Notes under the pieces: generated by a model | The model's database searches: none | What the model saw: only the letters and a program-made list of their open reading frames with translations | Told to the model about the DNA's origin: nothing | Translations under genes and position numbers: made by a program | Shown: positions 60,626 to 64,000 of the stretch, piece by piece | Layout of the letters: each line of letters starts with the position of its first letter | How positions within the stretch are numbered: the stretch's first letter is position 1 | From: an uncultured Gammaproteobacteria bacterium | GTDB taxonomy: Bacteria > Patescibacteriota > Patescibacteriia > SBBC01 > CAIJZX01 | DNA length: 64,000 nt | Reading direction: 5' to 3' | Assembly (NCBI GenBank): GCA_964383765.1 | Contig: CAYLHT010000003.1 | Coordinates: 6,328-70,327 of the forward strand

Positions 60626-60885
60626 GGTTTGGTGGGCATGTAGCTCAATATAATGACACACGGGGATTCACACAGAGCGCTCCGTCGCGAGGACGGGGAG
60701 GTTGCTGGACAGCGCGCCAGCCATGCCCGCCGTAATGTACCGTGGTGGTGATGTGACTGAGTCTGGCGAAAGAAACCGGCCTGTGGATGCGTATTCGTGT
60801 GGGCCGCTGTGGAGATCGTAACGATGGGAGGCGATCCATCGTGCTCCGCTACCGGAGGTTCGAATCCTCCCTCACCACTGCGTTC
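60626..60885 (+). ncRNA. Candidate ~250-nt structured RNA whose 5' end (UGGUGGG) pairs with its 3' end (CUCACCA) next to a canonical T-arm (GGAGG-UUCGAAU-CCUCC); that is, a tRNA-like terminal domain (tmRNA-like architecture, but no tag ORF found)
   Basis: Promoter, 7-bp acceptor-like pairing with a G-U, a perfect T-arm, an internal hairpin CGATGG-GAGGCGAT-CCATCG, and no long ORF. Confidence 0.35.
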
Positions 60886-60986
60886 TTTTGACGGGATGGC
60901 CGAGACTCGAAGGCCGCGGCGTGAAAAACCGTGTTTCGTCGGTGAATCCGACTCCCGTCTCCAATGTTCTGTCTCAAATCAGATCG

Positions 60987-61063
60987 AGCCCCTCTAGCTC
61001 AGAGGTAGAGCGCCTGGGCGCGTCATCAACCAGGAGGTCTGCGGTTCGAATCCGCAGAGGGGC
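60987..61063 (+). tRNA. Non-canonical tRNA-like gene: normal acceptor, D and T arms, but a 12-nt anticodon loop (GCGCGTCATCAA) on a perfect CCTGG/CCAGG stem
   Basis: Manual cloverleaf; 77 nt; no encoded CCA. Possibly CAT or GTC in the loop; a 5-nt insertion or pseudogene. Confidence 0.45.
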
Positions 61064-61076
61064 TCAAGATTTCTTT

Positions 61077-61152
61077 AGGGCTGGTCGCTCAACAGGCTAG
61101 AGCACCGGGCACTAACCCCCGGAGGTAGGAGGTTCGAGTCCTCCCCAGCCCA
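61077..61152 (+). tRNA. Non-canonical tRNA-like gene: acceptor with one bulge, 9-nt D-loop, and an 8-nt anticodon loop CACUAACC (central CUA) on a perfect CCGGG/CCCGG stem
   Basis: Manual cloverleaf; T-arm GGAGG-TTCGAGT-CCTCC; discriminator A. Confidence 0.4.
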
Positions 61153-61157
61153 CAACT

Positions 61158-61185
61158 TCCCTGGGTCATCACGACCAGGGATTTT
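61158..61185 (+). terminator. Rho-independent terminator (CCCTGG-TCATCACGA-CCAGGG + ATTTTT) after the tRNA-like genes
   Basis: Hairpin plus T-run read directly. Confidence 0.65.
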
Positions 61186-61186
61186 T

Positions 61187-64000
61187 CTATACCGCTCTAA
61201 ATTCGCAAATCTCCCGGTAATCACAAAACTTACACACCATTTCACTCGGTGTAGCTCGGAAATCACCGGAGTGAATTTTTTTGATGGTTGAGCTGACCCA
61301 CTCTTTTGCTGCGGCTGAATCTTTTTCCGTCGGAGTCATTGTCCGCGATTCATTTTCATCAATAAAGTAATACTCGAGCTCCTTCACTTCAGCGTTGAGA
61401 ATATTTGGATCTTGCACGGCCAAGGCGTAAATCAGTAACTGATACTTATCATCTTTTTCGAACTTTTCCTTAACCTTCCCGGTTTTGTAATCCACGATTT
61501 TCACTTCGGGTTTTTCATTGGTTCCACCAATTTGATCAATTCGATCGACAGCTCCATTCACAACAAACTCATCAACTTTCAGATTGAACACTTGTTCTAG
61601 CCTGAGAACATTCGGCATAGCCTTGAGTATTTTCGCATACCACTCGGTCAATGCCTGTTTGCCCTTGTCATAATATTCATTCTTCAATTTCTTTTTCGGA
61701 TACCATTCATCGATAAAGCACCGATCGTACATGGTCAGCAACTCTTCTTCGCTTACAGTTTGACCGTCTTTGGCCCGCTCTTTCCAGAGCGCGAAAAAGT
61801 TGAACAGTGTTTTGTGAACTGACGAACCATACGATAATGCATAGCTCCCCTTCTTCGGAACTTGAAGCACAAAAGCGTAGCGGTATTTCCAGGGACAATC
61901 GTTGTAGGTTGAGAGCTTAGTGAAACTGTATTGTTTTTCACGCGCGACGTACGCAACCACTTCTTTTTTCTGTTTGGGTGTGGGCTTGAATTCACGGGCC
62001 GGTAATGGCAATTTCTTCTCGGCCGCTACGGGTGGTTTCAGTAAACCCAGCTCATACATAAATGCTGACGGTTTTTTCCGACGCTGACCACCGTAATCTT
62101 CGGCTAAGGTAAAAAACACACCGTTCCGAGCCCGCGTGATCGCGACGTACATCAAGCGTCGTTCTTCTTGGACGTGCGCGTCACCCGTGGGTAAGATTTC
62201 ACGTACTAAAGCATCCGGCACTGGAATCGGATCTTTACGATCCATGCCTGGAAAGCGCTGTTCGACAACATTACCGATAAACACGTATGGAAATTCGAGT
62301 CCTTTGGCCGAATGGATCGTCATAATTTTGATTGTGTCCGGCCCGGACGATTCCAGGTCATGCTCAAGTCCGCCGGCGTCACCTGACTCAGTGACATGGT
62401 CAATGTATTTCAGAAACGATTTGACCGTCGCTGGCCGTTCACCTTGTTGAAAAGTTTCAATAACTTTAAAGAGTTGTTTCAAGTAACTTGTCTGTTCATG
62501 CGTTTCCGCGGTTTCTTTTTTCGTAATCTCTTGCAAATATCCAGAATCATTCAGGAATTGGAGGAGTACTTCACCAACAGATTTTGTGTTGGCTAACTCA
62601 GTGTGAGCCTGAATTAGGCTTTTGATTTTTTTGACGCCGGCCCGAGTTGCATCGGAAATAGTGATGTCATCATGCAGCAATTGCTCATACAACGACCGAT
62701 TTTTCTTTTTGGCTTGATAGGAAAGTTCGACGACATCACCGTGATCAATCCCGAACACTGGAATAGCCAGTACGCGATACAACGCCGCGCTTTCGTGATA
62801 ATTATCAAGCAACCGTAAATACGCTAACAGGTCGATCACCAACGGTTTCGTGAATAATCCCCGCGCCGCTAAGAACACGTGCGGCATTCCCCGACGTTCG
62901 AATTCATTGATAAAAATTTGGGCGTGATCGTTGGCACGAACCAAAACACAAAATGAATCCCAACCCACGACGTTCCCCTCCTTGTCTAAGGAGGGGTGGC
63001 CGGAGGCCGGGGTGGTCAGGGCGCGCGATCGAAGTTCCTCAACCTTATCCGCCACCGCGCGTGCCTCCGCCTCTTGTGTATCAACATGAATCACGCCGAT
63101 CTCCCCATTTCCCTCTCGCTGCGCCTTCAATTTCTTCACAATCGCCATGCCGCCGAACAGTTCTTTCTTCGCTTCCAATCGGTCCGGATTATTATGTTGG
63201 ATAAAGGTATGGGCTAAATCGAGAATCGACTGCTTGGTTCGATAGTTTTTCGTGAGTACAATCACTTCGGCGTCGGCAAAGTCCTTTTTGAATTCAAGGA
63301 TATTTGACACAGATGCTCCACGAAACTTATAGATCGATTGGTCATCATCACCGACCACGGTCAAATTGTTCCGTGGCTTGGCTAGACGTTTAATCAACTC
63401 GTACTGCGCCCAGTTCGTGTCTTGGAATTCGTCAACCAGAATGTATTGGAATTGCTGCTGGTATTTTTTGAGAATTGCCGGCCGTTCGCGCAACAAACGT
63501 AACGTGTACAAGATCAGGTCACCAAAGTCTAAGGCGTTGTTATCGAGCAATAATTGATTGTATGTATCATAGGCTTTTGCAAGTTCCATTATTCGGGCGG
63601 CCTCAGCTTTCTCTTCGTCAGTAGTTTTGTTTTTCGACAGAGTCTTTGCGTATTTCAAATATTCCGCCGGTGAAATGTCTTCATCTTTAAGTCGCGAAAA
63701 ATGTTTGACCAGCGCGGTAATGAATTTCGTCGGATTCCCAAGCGGGCGATAATAGTCCAAATCAAAGTCATCAAGATGTTCCCGAATCAATAGCCACTGG
63801 TCGGTTTGGGACAACAACTTGAAGTCATTCGACAACCCAATATCGAGTGCGTGTTCTTTCAGTAACCGCTGTCCAAGGCTGTGAAATGTCATCACCCATA
63901 GATCAACATACCCAAACGGTAAAATCCGCTCGACCCGATCCTGCATTTCACCGGCAGCTTTATTGGTAAACGTCAACGCTAAAATATTATCCGACGGCAC
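61187..64000 (-). CDS. UvrD/PcrA-family ATP-dependent helicase fused to a C-terminal PD-(D/E)XK/Cas4-like nuclease domain with a Cys cluster; N-terminus lies beyond the window end. Carries an in-frame palindromic insertion.
   Basis: Helicase motifs (LALTFTNKAAGEM, ILVDEFQDTN, VVGDDDQSIY, TIHSAKGLEF), a C-terminal ...CKFCDYREIC Fe-S-like cluster, and the insert at 62970-63025. Confidence 0.75.
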   Translation of the reverse strand: MPSDNILALTFTNKAAGEMQDRVERILPFGYVDLWVMTFHSLGQRLLKEHALDIGLSNDFKLLSQTDQWLLIREHLDDFDLDYYRPLGNPTKFITALVKHFSRLKDEDISPAEYLKYAKTLSKNKTTDEEKAEAARIMELAKAYDTYNQLLLDNNALDFGDLILYTLRLLRERPAILKKYQQQFQYILVDEFQDTNWAQYELIKRLAKPRNNLTVVGDDDQSIYKFRGASVSNILEFKKDFADAEVIVLTKNYRTKQSILDLAHTFIQHNNPDRLEAKKELFGGMAIVKKLKAQREGNGEIGVIHVDTQEAEARAVADKVEELRSRALTTPASGHPSLDKEGNVVGWDSFCVLVRANDHAQIFINEFERRGMPHVFLAARGLFTKPLVIDLLAYLRLLDNYHESAALYRVLAIPVFGIDHGDVVELSYQAKKKNRSLYEQLLHDDITISDATRAGVKKIKSLIQAHTELANTKSVGEVLLQFLNDSGYLQEITKKETAETHEQTSYLKQLFKVIETFQQGERPATVKSFLKYIDHVTESGDAGGLEHDLESSGPDTIKIMTIHSAKGLEFPYVFIGNVVEQRFPGMDRKDPIPVPDALVREILPTGDAHVQEERRLMYVAITRARNGVFFTLAEDYGGQRRKKPSAFMYELGLLKPPVAAEKKLPLPAREFKPTPKQKKEVVAYVAREKQYSFTKLSTYNDCPWKYRYAFVLQVPKKGSYALSYGSSVHKTLFNFFALWKERAKDGQTVSEEELLTMYDRCFIDEWYPKKKLKNEYYDKGKQALTEWYAKILKAMPNVLRLEQVFNLKVDEFVVNGAVDRIDQIGGTNEKPEVKIVDYKTGKVKEKFEKDDKYQLLIYALAVQDPNILNAEVKELEYYFIDENESRTMTPTEKDSAAAKEWVSSTIKKIHSGDFRATPSEMVCKFCDYREICEFRAV

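Noticed and set aside
60626-60885. Calling this region a bona fide tmRNA (ssrA)
   Set aside because: The acceptor/T-arm architecture fits. However, I could not find any frame giving a resume codon and a tag ending in Ala-Ala-stop, and the G-U pair is not at the 3:70 position used for AlaRS recognition. It is kept only as a candidate ncRNA.
61077-61152. Interpreting the CUA-centred tRNA-like gene as evidence of UAG stop-codon reassignment
   Set aside because: prfA (RF1, which reads UAG) is present in the window, and the rpmE and small-ORF-25094 models end in TAG. The tRNA-like gene also has several structural irregularities, so a pseudo or specialised tRNA is more likely.
57680-63025. The CCCCTCCT..AGGAGGGG hairpins being Shine-Dalgarno/anti-SD regulatory sites
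   Set aside because: They lie deep inside ORFs (pheT, helicase, miaA), not near start codons, and occur with a conserved G-rich tail. A dispersed repeat element is the better explanation.

Overview
This 64-kb window looks like a compact, gene-dense bacterial chromosome segment of roughly 55–58% GC, with a Gram-positive-like / possibly CPR-type gene repertoire (uncertain). Most of it is housekeeping. There is a partial giant repeat-rich surface protein (1597+ aa) with an LAXTG-like sorting signal and an adjacent sortase. Identified genes include uppP, mutM, rarA, uppS, tkt, queA, tsf, rpsB, rpmE, prfA, prmC, rplY, rodA/ftsW, dnaE, thrS, miaA, gatB, a long ThyX-like gene with tmk, rplA, rplK, nusG, secE, gyrB, pheS and pheT. 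Transporters present are an MFS exporter and an ABC pair. On the minus strand there is an rpmG gene with a tRNA cluster (Trp, Thr, Tyr, Thr), and tRNA-Pro lies on the plus strand. The less ordinary content is listed below.
(1) A RAYT (REP-associated tyrosine transposase, HUH plus WQRGF motifs) is flanked by two inverted doublets of GGACTAGAAAGTCC REP hairpins. One doublet sits in-frame inside the RAYT ORF itself.
(2) A second palindromic element family (CCCCTCCT..AGGAGGGG followed by GGGGTGGT) is inserted in-frame into miaA, pheT and a UvrD-like helicase-nuclease.
(3) A promoter-driven ~250-nt candidate ncRNA has ends that form a tRNA-like acceptor/T-arm domain. It is followed by two non-canonical tRNA-like genes (one with a 12-nt anticodon loop, one with an 8-nt loop and a central CUA) and a terminator.
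(4) The r-protein gene order is perturbed: rpmG-tRNA-Trp lies ~26 kb from secE-nusG-rplK, an unknown Cys-motif membrane gene separates rplK from rplA, and an atypical-codon ORF sits next to secE.
(5) A small AbrB-like regulator with a palindromic operator precedes an ABC exporter and small secreted/TM proteins.
(6) pheS lacks its N-terminal domain, an unknown ORF is translationally coupled between pheS and pheT, and an unknown 454-aa gene sits between pheT and gyrB.
No CRISPR array was seen. All calls are from reading the sequence and ORF translations by eye; none has been verified with tools.
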